Positions 26,647 through 36,200 of a stretch of DNA of 64,000 bases are shown piece by piece (position 1 is the first letter of the stretch; the number at the start of each line of letters is the position of its first letter). This stretch comes from Myxococcota bacterium. Its GTDB lineage: Bacteria; Myxococcota_A; Polyangia; HGW-17. The notes beneath the pieces were generated by a model. It was not told where the DNA came from, made no database searches, and saw nothing but the letters and a program-made list of their open reading frames with translations. The DNA is taken from contig JAHITJ010000208.1 in assembly GCA_018817795.1 (NCBI GenBank), forward strand, positions 43,989 to 107,988, read 5' to 3'. The position numbers and the translations under genes are program-made.

Positions 26647-28569
26647 GTGGCTTATCTTGTTCTCGCACGTCGATACCGCCCGCAGACCTTCTCCGAACTC
26701 GTCGGACAGGATCACATCGTCACCATCCTCAGCAATGCCATCACCGGCGGACGAGTCCACCACGCGTTCCTGTTCACCGGCGCCCGCGGCACCGGCAAGA
26801 CGACCACGGCCCGCATCCTGGCGAAGTCTCTCAACTGCGTCGAGGGACCTACGACCACTCCGTGCAACAAGTGCCATCACTGCGCCGACATCGCCGCATC
26901 CAAGGACGTCGACGTCCTCGAGATCGACGGCGCCACCAACACCGGTGTCGACAGCGTCAGAGCCCTGCGCGAAGACATCCGGTACCTTCCCTCTTCGGGT
27001 CGCTACCGCATCGTCATCATCGACGAAGTGCACATGCTCACGACCTCGGCCTTCAACGCGCTGCTCAAGACCCTTGAGGAGCCGCCGCCCCATGTGATCT
27101 TCATCCTCGCGACCACCGAACCGCACAAGATCCCCGCCACCATCCTTTCCCGCGTGCAGCGCTTCGACTTCCACCGCGTGGACACCGACGTGCTCACCTC
27201 GTACCTGATGGGGCTTCTCCAGAGCGAGGGCTTCACCGCCCAGCGCGACGCCCTCCGCATCATCGCCCTCGAAGGAGAGGGCAGCGTGCGCGACAGCCTG
27301 AGCATCCTCGACCAGGTGCTCGCCCATCACACCGAAGGCGAGATCACCGCCGAAGAGGTCTCCCATGTCCTGGGCCTGTCGGACCGTCAGGCGCTGCTGC
27401 GCATGGGATTTGCCCTGCTCTCCGGCCAGCGCGAGGAGGTCTTCGAGATCCTCGAGACGGTGTTCTGTGACGGCAGTGATCTGGTACATTTCACCAAATC
27501 CCTGGCCATGGCCTTCCGGGATCTCGTGCTGTGCAGGCTCACCGGCAACCCGGGCCGCTTTTTGTCCCTGACCCCCGAGGAGCTCCTCGAAATCCAGGAG
27601 CGCACCGCGGTCTTTCCGGTCGATCACATTTATCAATTGTTTTCCCGCATCTTCTTCGGCATTGACCAGGTCGCGCGTGCCAGCTCGGCTCGACTGGCTT
27701 TGGAGATGCTCTTCTGCGAGCTGCTGCTGGCCCAACCCCTGGTGCCCCTCACCGATCTGTTCTCACGACTGGAGAACCTCGAGCAGGGCAAGCCCGCGAC
27801 CCTTCCGGCCCGCTCCGGTCCCGCTCCTGTGCCCAGAGCCCCGTCCGAGCCCAGAGCGCCGTCCGAGCCCAGAGCCCCGTCCGAGCCCAAAACCTCGCCG
27901 GCCACCGGACCCGCGTCCAGGCCCGGTCCCGCTTTGGCGCCTACCGAGGCCCGGATCCCGGCCGCCGCCATCAAAAATTCTCCCGATGCCCCTGCCAAGG
28001 CCATCCCTGGCCCCAAGGCTGCGCCGGACCCCCACACGACTGATCAGCACCAGGCCAGGCCTGCTGCGCCCCCTGCGCCCCCTGCGCCGGCCCCCGAAGA
28101 AGGTCCTTCTGCCACCCCGGTGATCGACCTGCAGGGTTGGCTCGCGTTCATCTCGGTGATCCGCCCCACCTTTGCCACCATGAGCATGCTCCTCGACGAC
28201 GGACGGTTCTGCGGCACCTTTTTCGAAGATGGTAAACTCCAGATCCATATCTGGTTTTCCCGCGGCAAGCACGACTTCAACTTCGCACGGCTTACCGACA
28301 GCAAGCGAGTGCTTGACGAACAACTCTCGCTGCACCTGGGCGTGCCCAGCGCCATCCACCTCACGCAATCGGACAAGCCGCCGGTGGCCCAGGAACTGTC
28401 CTCCGCCCCGCAGGGCGTCACCCTGGCCCACTCCGCACGCGAGGTGCGGGAACGACAGATGGCCACCGATCTGAAGCGTCAGGAAGAAGAAATGAAGAAT
28501 CATCCCTTCGTGCGGCAATTGCTGGACCACATGCACGGAGAAGTGGTCGATTTCACCGACCTCACCTGA
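26647..28569 (+). CDS. dnaX: DNA polymerase III subunit gamma/tau
   Basis: AYLVLARRYRPQTFSELVGQ..., Walker A GARGTGKTT, Zn module CNKCHHC. Proposed GTG start at 26647 with GGGAG 7 nt upstream (ORF-track start 26605 lacks an RBS). Pro-rich tau linker with PSEPRA x3. Confidence 0.85.
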   Translation: MAYLVLARRYRPQTFSELVGQDHIVTILSNAITGGRVHHAFLFTGARGTGKTTTARILAKSLNCVEGPTTTPCNKCHHCADIAASKDVDVLEIDGATNTGVDSVRALREDIRYLPSSGRYRIVIIDEVHMLTTSAFNALLKTLEEPPPHVIFILATTEPHKIPATILSRVQRFDFHRVDTDVLTSYLMGLLQSEGFTAQRDALRIIALEGEGSVRDSLSILDQVLAHHTEGEITAEEVSHVLGLSDRQALLRMGFALLSGQREEVFEILETVFCDGSDLVHFTKSLAMAFRDLVLCRLTGNPGRFLSLTPEELLEIQERTAVFPVDHIYQLFSRIFFGIDQVARASSARLALEMLFCELLLAQPLVPLTDLFSRLENLEQGKPATLPARSGPAPVPRAPSEPRAPSEPRAPSEPKTSPATGPASRPGPALAPTEARIPAAAIKNSPDAPAKAIPGPKAAPDPHTTDQHQARPAAPPAPPAPAPEEGPSATPVIDLQGWLAFISVIRPTFATMSMLLDDGRFCGTFFEDGKLQIHIWFSRGKHDFNFARLTDSKRVLDEQLSLHLGVPSAIHLTQSDKPPVAQELSSAPQGVTLAHSAREVRERQMATDLKRQEEEMKNHPFVRQLLDHMHGEVVDFTDLT

Positions 28570-28581
28570 AGCGAGGATAGC

Positions 28582-28923
28582 ATGACGACACCAATGGATT
28601 TCTCCTCCCTGGGATCCTTCCTGCCCGGACTCAACGAGCTTCCTGCCAAGCTTGAAAAGATGCAGAAGCGCACCGCATCCGAGGTCGTCACCGCCGAGAC
28701 CGGCGGAGGCATGGTCACCATCGAGGCCACCGCCAACATGCGCATCCGTCGCATCACGCTCTCGAAATCCCTGACGGACCTGTCCGATCCCGAGATGACC
28801 GAGGATCTGCTGGCCGCCTGCTTCAACCTCGTCATCGATCGCTGCCGGGAGAAGTCCCAGGCCATCGCAGCCGAGGAACTGGGGCCCATGGCGTCCTTTT
28901 TGCAGAATAACCCGCTGTTCTGA
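28582..28923 (+). CDS. ybaB: Nucleoid-associated protein YbaB/EbfC
   Basis: 113 aa, ..TAETGGGMVTIEATANMRIRRI.. ..EDLLAACFNL..; conserved dnaX-ybaB-recR order. Confidence 0.9.
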   Translation: MTTPMDFSSLGSFLPGLNELPAKLEKMQKRTASEVVTAETGGGMVTIEATANMRIRRITLSKSLTDLSDPEMTEDLLAACFNLVIDRCREKSQAIAAEELGPMASFLQNNPLF

Positions 28924-28931
28924 ACCCATCC

Positions 28932-29543
28932 ATGCAATCCTCCCTGCTGCCTCCCGCCATCACCGAGCTTGTTTCTGCGCTCTCCTCGTTGCCCGGCATC
29001 GGGGCCAAGACCGCCCGACGCCTGGCCTTTCACATGGTCGATGGTGCCTCCGACAAAGCTCTAGCGTTGCATCAGGCCCTCTCCCGGGTACAGAACGAGA
29101 TGGGTCATTGTTCCGTCTGTGGCTTTTTTTCCCGCCCCGACGAGCCATGCACGCTCTGTTCCAATCCCCACCGGACTCCCGGCCAGCTTTGCGTCGTCGG
29201 GCGTATCCAGGACGTCCTGGCCATCGAAGAGGCCCACATCTTCCATGGCCGCTACCACATTCTCGGAGGATACATCTCCCCGCTGAATCAGGTCTTTCCA
29301 GAGAGCTTGCACATCGACTCCCTGATTCACCGCATCACCGACGAGCACATCACTGATGTGATTTTTGCCTTCGATGCCATCTCCGACGCCGACTATACAG
29401 CGCAATACCTGCTTGAAATGATTCCACATGAGGTGCGGCTTCACCGCATCGCCGCTGGAATTCCCTTCGGTGGCGAGCTCGAATACACCGATGGCATCAC
29501 GCTTTCCCACGCCTTCACCCTCAAACGCGAAATCACGCACTGA
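28932..29543 (+). CDS. recR: Recombination protein RecR
   Basis: HhH LPGIGAKTARRLAF, C4 zinc finger CSVCGFFS...CTLCS, Toprim domain. Confidence 0.9.
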   Translation: MQSSLLPPAITELVSALSSLPGIGAKTARRLAFHMVDGASDKALALHQALSRVQNEMGHCSVCGFFSRPDEPCTLCSNPHRTPGQLCVVGRIQDVLAIEEAHIFHGRYHILGGYISPLNQVFPESLHIDSLIHRITDEHITDVIFAFDAISDADYTAQYLLEMIPHEVRLHRIAAGIPFGGELEYTDGITLSHAFTLKREITH

Positions 29544-29644
29544 CCGACTGCCAGTGATTCTGATTGCGATCGATTCACCTTTGACTTGATATTTTGATTG
29601 AGTGGATAAGTAGAAGGGGGAAGAAAAGGATCAGTACGTACGGA

Positions 29645-30199
29645 TCAGCCGCCGCGGGTCTTGACGACGGCGAAACTGAACCGGATGTACTTCGCGCGGG
29701 TGCAGGTCATCATGACCTGGTTGACGAGCTTCCATGGGATGTTCGTATCCGCGGCGATGAACGCATCGCCCTGGAACGCCCCTTCCCCGGCGGCGGCACC
29801 CTTGGCTTCAATCTCCTTCTGGCGGATCTCGTCGAGGGCGTCCTTGAGGGACTTGATCGTGAAGCCGTCGGGGGTGTCCGATGAGGATACCGAACCGTTG
29901 TTCACGCCTACGATCTTCTTGCCCTTCACGACGATGGTCGTACGGGAGATCTGGATGTCCACGCACTCCACCATGTTGCTCATGGTGTCGGACTTCGGAA
30001 CCATCAGTTCGTTCTTCTTCTGCGGAACCTGCATCGGGTCGGATCCGTAGCTCTTCAGAAGGAAGATCAGAATGATTGTGAGCGCGTCCATCAGGGAGGT
30101 GATGGTCAACGGGTTGTCACCCGGAGTCCATGGTGCCTTCTTATTCTTTTTTGGAAGTTCGTCTTCCTGCATCTGATCGAGCGATTTTGAGTCAACCAT
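29645..30199 (-). CDS. ExbD/TolR-family biopolymer transport protein (second copy)
   Basis: N-terminal TM LTITSLMDALTIILIFLL typical of ExbD/TolR (Asp in TM); AAGGAG RBS. Confidence 0.75.
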   Translation of the reverse strand: MVDSKSLDQMQEDELPKKNKKAPWTPGDNPLTITSLMDALTIILIFLLKSYGSDPMQVPQKKNELMVPKSDTMSNMVECVDIQISRTTIVVKGKKIVGVNNGSVSSSDTPDGFTIKSLKDALDEIRQKEIEAKGAAAGEGAFQGDAFIAADTNIPWKLVNQVMMTCTRAKYIRFSFAVVKTRGG

Positions 30200-30211
30200 G
30201 TCCGAACTCCT

Positions 30212-30871
30212 TTAGGGACGACCCACTGCAACGAGGGGGAACATGCAATTGCCTTCGAGCTGCCATTCCTTGTCGCCAGGCTTCTTCTTGAAGACGCAGG
30301 CGAGCGTGCCGCCCTTGATGTCCTGGATTTCGTTCTTCGCTTCGGGAGGCAGCTCGCGAGCCGCATCCAGCGTCTCGATGACGGTCTCGTACAGAATGGT
30401 GTCTTCCGGAACGATCGTCACCTTTCCCCAGTCACTGAAAGAACCGGCCGCCTTGGGGGCGTCCTTGCTGGAATCCAGCGAGTTGTTCTTGTAGTGGGGC
30501 TTGTAGAACTTGTCATACAGGAACTTGCGCAGGGCACTGGAATTGTAGACTTTCTTGCCGCCGGCATGGGTCACCGGAATGCAGACCTGGTTGGACGCCG
30601 CACGCTGCGGACAGGCCGAGCCGCCACTCTTGGTGGTGACATCATAGCCGTCCTGCTTGATGTTGATGGTCAGACCCAGAGACTTTTGGTTTTCGTCCTT
30701 TTTCTGGTTCTGAGACTTCGACTGACGGGGCGTATCCACCAGGACAATGCCAATCTGAATGAACTGCGCACTCAGCAGCAGAAAGGGAATCAGCAGGCAC
30801 AGCAGATTCATGATCGGCATCAGATTCAGTTCATCAAGCTTTTCGTCGACAGCCATCTTCTTTTTTGCCAT
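30212..30871 (-). CDS. ExbD/TolR-family protein (first copy)
   Basis: LNLMPIMNLLCLLIPFLLLS TM + periplasmic domain; GAGGAG RBS. Confidence 0.75.
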   Translation of the reverse strand: MAKKKMAVDEKLDELNLMPIMNLLCLLIPFLLLSAQFIQIGIVLVDTPRQSKSQNQKKDENQKSLGLTINIKQDGYDVTTKSGGSACPQRAASNQVCIPVTHAGGKKVYNSSALRKFLYDKFYKPHYKNNSLDSSKDAPKAAGSFSDWGKVTIVPEDTILYETVIETLDAARELPPEAKNEIQDIKGGTLACVFKKKPGDKEWQLEGNCMFPLVAVGRP

Positions 30872-30973
30872 GACTCAGACTCCTCAATCCAAAAGAATCA
30901 CCGATACCATTACCGTGCGCAGGTTTCGCCAGGTCCGATGACCTGCCTGGCACGGATGCCTGTTAAACCCGAA

Positions 30974-31609
30974 CTAGCGGGCGCGCGACAGGCGCCGGGT
31001 CAGCAGGTTGTCCAGCTTGGTCGAGTACAGTTCGACGTCGTCGATGATCTTCTTCGTGAAGCTGGTCAGCAGAAGGTGCGCGGTCAGACAGGGGACCGCG
31101 ACGATCAGACCGAACGCCGTCGTGTTCATGGCGACCGCGATACCGTGGGAGAGAACCGCGGAGCGGTTTTCCGGGGTGGCGGTACCCAGGGCGTCGAACG
31201 CCTGAATCATGCCCATGATCGTTCCGAGCAGACCAACCAGGGTCGCGATGTTGGCGACGCCCTGCAGGGCCGGGGTACGACGGGTGACTTCGGGGGCGAT
31301 TTCCAGTTTCGCTTCTTCGATCGCGGCGGACACGGCAGAGGCGCCATCACCGTATTTGGTGAGTCCGGCCTTGATCACGCGGGGCAGCGCGGCCGTCGGG
31401 GCGGCGTTGCAGAGCTTGATGGCCTGGTCGATGTTGTTCGAACCGACCAACTGCATCACCTGGCTCATGAAAGCTTCCGCGTTGATGTTGTAGCGGAACA
31501 GAAGGAAAATGGACCGTTCGATGATGATGGCAATACCGAATGCAGACGCAAACAGAATGACATACATGAATTCACCGCCGTCAACAAATGCCTTTGCAAG
31601 ACCACTCAT
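30974..31609 (-). CDS. MotA/TolQ/ExbB-family proton channel
   Basis: 3-TM architecture, C-terminal ..GTIMGMIQAFD..LSHGIAVAMNTTAFGLIVAVPCLTAH.. MotA/ExbB signature. Start MSGLAKAF preceded by GGAGG. Confidence 0.85.
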   Translation of the reverse strand: MSGLAKAFVDGGEFMYVILFASAFGIAIIIERSIFLLFRYNINAEAFMSQVMQLVGSNNIDQAIKLCNAAPTAALPRVIKAGLTKYGDGASAVSAAIEEAKLEIAPEVTRRTPALQGVANIATLVGLLGTIMGMIQAFDALGTATPENRSAVLSHGIAVAMNTTAFGLIVAVPCLTAHLLLTSFTKKIIDDVELYSTKLDNLLTRRLSRAR

Positions 31610-31788
31610 TTCCGTATCCTCCGGTAGGGCAATCAAGCCCGGTTAAAGTGAGATGAACCTATAAAAACCTTCCGAAAAAAGCAAACAAATTTCAACTGTT
31701 CCTCAAAAACGTCCGGACCTGTTCCTCCGGGCGCTCGCATTTATAACGTATTTCGATCCTCTTGGGAAAGGAAATTGTAAGCATTCGA

Positions 31789-32037
31789 TCAGAAAGGTCC
31801 GGTGGCAAGCGAATCGTGGATCTTTTTAAGAAAATCCCTGTAGAAACGCGGATCTTTTTCATCCCATCGCCAGAACCCGCCGTACTCCCAGGCCTTGAAG
31901 ATCTCGAATTTGGGACGCGGGATCTGAACTTCGAGGACATCACCACCACCGGACTTGGGATCCTGCGCCTGCGCCGTCCCCGAGGACGTCATCACCGCAA
32001 ACACGCAAAGAACTGCAAAAAGATGAATGATTCTCAT
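31789..32037 (-). CDS. Small secreted protein (82 aa), translationally coupled (TAATG) to the TPR lipoprotein
   Basis: MRIIHLFAVLCVFAVMTSSGTAQAQDPKSG signal peptide. Start overlaps the upstream stop by 1 nt. Confidence 0.5.
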   Translation of the reverse strand: MRIIHLFAVLCVFAVMTSSGTAQAQDPKSGGGDVLEVQIPRPKFEIFKAWEYGGFWRWDEKDPRFYRDFLKKIHDSLATGPF

Positions 32038-33200
32038 TATTTGGATCCTTTCCCGGCCAGCCGCTCCCGGGACAGTTCCATCCACGAATCAATGCGAATT
32101 TGCAGCGCGCGATCCGTGATTTTCTTTTTCTTCAGGAACTCGGTGTAGGCCTTGGCGTGGTAGATGACCTTCTCCGCACGTACCTTGTCCGCGATCTTCC
32201 CGATCTGGGGGAAGTCATCCCAACTGACATACAGCAGCGCGAGATTGTAGTGACACTTATCGCAGGTTTTGTTCAGGTTGAGCGCATACTCAAACTTGGT
32301 CAGCGCCGCGTCGGCCTTTTTCTGCAGGAGGTAGCCCGCGCCGAGGTTGAGGGGCAGGCGCCATTCCTTTTTCAGGACGTTGCCGCCACCGAGCTTCTCG
32401 GCCTTTTCCAGGAGTTCCACGGCTGTGTTGGTCTCGCCTCGCTCGAGCAGCAGCACACCCATCGAAAAAATTGCCTCGGGATGGCTCGCGGCCGACGGAT
32501 GACCGAAATATTTCTCTGCCTGGGCCTTGTAGGAGATCACGGAGAGGTTCATGCCCTTGCTCTCGGCGCCGTCGGCCAAAAAGATATAATATTTCCCCAT
32601 CATGTACTGCCACATGGCGCCTGGCTCGGTGGGGGGATTCATCTTCTTGTGCAGGGCCAGGATATAGTCCAGCACCGAGCGCATCTTCTCCATGTTCTCC
32701 TGCTGATAGTAGATCGTGGCCATGACCATCATGGCGTCAAAATTGGAGTAATCCTGCTTGAGGATCTCAGAAACCAGCGCGAGGGCCTCCTTGTAGGCCT
32801 CGTCGGTCTTCTTCGCGGCCAGAAGCTCCGCCTTGGCGATCATCGTGCGCAGCTTGTCAGCGGCCGTGGGCTCGTTGCCTGGCGTCGCCGGTGCATCGGT
32901 CTTGCCGGGGCCCGCGGCGGTGGGATCGGCAGGGTCCGCAGGGTCGGTCTTGCCCGGCTCCCCGGTCTTCGGATCAGCCGGATTGGCGGGGTCCGTGCCA
33001 GGCGAGGTGTCGTCTCCAGGCTTCATGTCGGCGGACTTGGGATCGGTGGCCTTCTTGTCCGCATCCTTTTTCTCGGCAGCTGGATCCTTTCCTGCCGTGG
33101 TCTTCTTCTTTTTCTTCGAGCAGCCTGAGATCAGAAGCATCGACATCAGAATCCACAAGAGACTTACGGACCAATGAAGTTTTTTCGAGGTGAACATCAT
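32037..33200 (-). CDS. TPR-repeat lipoprotein with Pro/Asp/Lys-rich N-terminal linker
   Basis: Signal + lipobox LLISGC|S; about 100 aa low-complexity, then TPR helices. Confidence 0.75.
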   Translation of the reverse strand: MMFTSKKLHWSVSLLWILMSMLLISGCSKKKKKTTAGKDPAAEKKDADKKATDPKSADMKPGDDTSPGTDPANPADPKTGEPGKTDPADPADPTAAGPGKTDAPATPGNEPTAADKLRTMIAKAELLAAKKTDEAYKEALALVSEILKQDYSNFDAMMVMATIYYQQENMEKMRSVLDYILALHKKMNPPTEPGAMWQYMMGKYYIFLADGAESKGMNLSVISYKAQAEKYFGHPSAASHPEAIFSMGVLLLERGETNTAVELLEKAEKLGGGNVLKKEWRLPLNLGAGYLLQKKADAALTKFEYALNLNKTCDKCHYNLALLYVSWDDFPQIGKIADKVRAEKVIYHAKAYTEFLKKKKITDRALQIRIDSWMELSRERLAGKGSK

Positions 33201-33217
33201 GATCGACCCTTCTCCGG

Positions 33218-36200
33218 TCAGCGGGACAGCGGCTCCACTTCGGGTTGATAGGAGCGGCGCAGCTTCTTTTTCGAGAATTCCCTGTACTCACCCAGGGCTT
33301 CCTCGATGTTTGCGGAGGTCAGTTTCTCGGCCTCTACCAATTCATACAGCGCGGTGAACGCCTGGTTGTACTCGTCGGTGACCTTGTCCTGCGGAATGAT
33401 CGCCAGATCCTGGGCCTGACCATCAAGGGTGACTCGGTAGGTGCTGTTGTAGTACGTCTTGCGGCGCCATGCGAAGAAGCAGGTCTCAAGCTCGTCGGCC
33501 TTGGTCTGGGTGCAGCCGGACTTCTGCACCTCCTCTGGATTCTTGAGGTCTTCCTTGGCCAGCATGGCCAGGTATGGCGCCTCTTCGAAGGCCTTGATGC
33601 CGCGATAAAGCAGCAGCATCTTGAGGGCCAGCAGGTCGCCCTTGATCTGCGCAACCTGGTTGCGGAAGGCACCCTTCTGGTTCTTGTACCAGTCGTAGCC
33701 GCGGGCCAGATTGTCCAGGGAGCGTCCGTTGACGAGCATGATCGTCACTGTGTCGGTGGCCGGCTGGAGGACGCTCAGCCACGCCAGGTTCTGCATGACC
33801 TGGATGAGCTTGCCGATGTCGTTGCCGTCGGTGGAGTCGGACTTGATGCCCTTGAGGATGGTGTCGCTTTCGGTGATCGCCGGGATGCTCTTGCCGGCGA
33901 AGCGCTTCTTGGCGTTGGTCAGCGCCTTCTGGGCGATGGGCAACTGCTCCTTGATGTACTTCTTGATGTTCTCGGGGCCCATCTTTTCGCCGGCCTGGGC
34001 CAGTGCCTGCTGTTCCTTGAGCAACTGCGCGATGTCCTTGCGCTCCATGATGGTCTTGGTGACGGCCTTGTTGACGTCGCCGGTGGCCTGAAGGTCCTTG
34101 AGGAAATTAGGATACTTCTTGTTCAGCGACTGGTACTTGCTGACCGCGTCCATCAGTTCCTTCTCGGGCACGGAGCCGGGCTTCTGCTGGTGGGCCTGGA
34201 TTTTCTGTACGGCAGCGATCAACTCCTGGATCTCGGCGAGGCACTCGGCCTGCTTCTTTTCGAGATCCTCCTTCAACTTGGCGAAGCGCTTGGTCAGTTC
34301 CTCGCCCTTGCCCTCGAGCTGCTTCTTCCACAGGTCGAACGCGAGTTTGGCCTTTTCGAACGTGTCGATCTCCGTGGTGGACTTCTCCTTGAACGGATTT
34401 TCGTAGGTCTTCACCAGCGCGTTCTCGGCGTACTGGATCAGCGCGGTGGCGTAGTTGATGACGTGCACGCCCGGGTCGAGCCCGGCCTTGACGCCCTGAT
34501 CGTAAAGGTCCTTGTACTCCTGGATGTAGCGGCCGTATTCCTCGGCGGCCTTCTTGGCCTTGTCGGGATTCTTCGCGAGCAGCGTCTGGATGTTGTTCCA
34601 CTGGTTGGCCTTGCGGAAGGTCAGGTCCATGCGGGCCTTCCACATGCTCTCGTTTTCCTTGGTCTTCACCTTGGCCAGCGGCACATACCCTTCGAGGAAC
34701 CGCTCGTACTGCTCGATCTTGCCGATCATGTCGCGGGCGGTGCCCTCGGACTGGCCCTTCTGGGCGATCAGATCCTGCTCCATGTTGAAGATGACGTCTG
34801 TGTAGTACAGGATCTTGTCGGAGACGGTTACCCGGCAGCGGCCGCCTTCGCAACTGCTGCTCAGGCTGTAATAGTTCTCCACGGCGTCCTCGGAGATGCC
34901 CATCTTCTGCGCCAGTTGCTTGATCAACTCGTTCTCGGCGACCTCGAATTCCTTGTTGTACATCTTCTTGGCCTTACGGAAGATGTCGAACAGACGGTCG
35001 ACCTGGGCCAGCGTCTTGGCGTGGTACTTCGGACCGCCAGCCTTGTAGATCCAGAAGAGCTTCTCCTCGGCCAGGACGCGGTAGGTGCTCTCGTCCTTGA
35101 CTTCGATCTTCTTTTCCTTCTTGATGCGCCAGCCGCCGGGTTTGACCACCGTCAGTTCCTGCCACATCTTCATGGCAAGATCCTCCATGAAGAACTTCGT
35201 GGCGGCCTCGGCCAGCTCAAAGATCATGAACTCCTTGTAGCCGTCCTGGTGTGCGATGGCCATCATCCGGCCGGTCTCGTCCTCGTAGATCTTCTTGTTC
35301 AGCACCTCGATCGCGCCCGGATAGTCGCCGAGCTCCTTGGTGCAGGTGTAGATCTTCCAGTACACGCCAAAGAGGTTCTTCTCGAACTCCTTGAGCTTCT
35401 CGGTCTCCTTGGCATCGGGACGGCGATCCTTCATCTGACCGTCGAGCTGCCGGTACATCAGCAGCGCTTCCTTCCACTTCTTGGGATCGTTCTTGCCGTC
35501 GGCCTTGGCCTTCTCGGCGGCATTGAACACGACCTCGGCCTTCTTGACGAGCTCGTTGAACTCCAGCGCCGAGATCATGAGCATCAGTTCGCGGTGCTCC
35601 TTGTCGCCGCCGCATTTCTTCTGCTCTAGTTTCTTGATCGAGGCGTCGCGCTCGGCCGTGAAAGTGCTTTCGGTGCCCGGTTCGGCCTGCTGGAACTTGT
35701 AGGTCAGGAAAAGCATCTGCGAGGCGTTGATGGCCACACTGTGGGTGCAGTAGCTTTCAAGGAGCTGCCAATAGTACTTGCGAGCCTCGTCGACCTGCTC
35801 ATAGTGCAGGTAGATGTTCGCGATGTTGTTGATGAACACCGGGGAGTTGTCGTTCTTCGGGTAGATTTTCATGTACTCGAAGGCGTCCTGGATATAATTC
35901 TTAAAGTCCGCACTCAACTCTTTCGGGGTGTACTTGATCAACTTGTTCTCGTCCTTGATGTCGAACGGCGGAGGCGGAATCTTCAGGTCCAGTTTCTTGT
36001 CGTACACTTCATAAATGATGGCTGCGCTTTCCTTCTGGTGCTTGCTGCCCAGATGCGAGTCGCGCACTTTTCGGCCCCACTCCAGCGTGGTCTGGATGAA
36101 GTCCTTGCGGGCCTTGTCCGAGGCGGCCAGATCGATCATGTAATCGCGGTAGGCCAGCAGGATCATGTAGGAAGCGTCATACTCCAGGGAGGAGTTGGGG

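Noticed and set aside
33245-35629. 794-aa + ORF (also 36824..38056, 39046..40878, 35741..36583)
   Set aside because: Antisense shadows of the giant TPR genes. Leu/Gly/Asp/Val-rich with no motifs, while the minus-strand proteins have signal peptides and coherent K/E-rich helical repeats.
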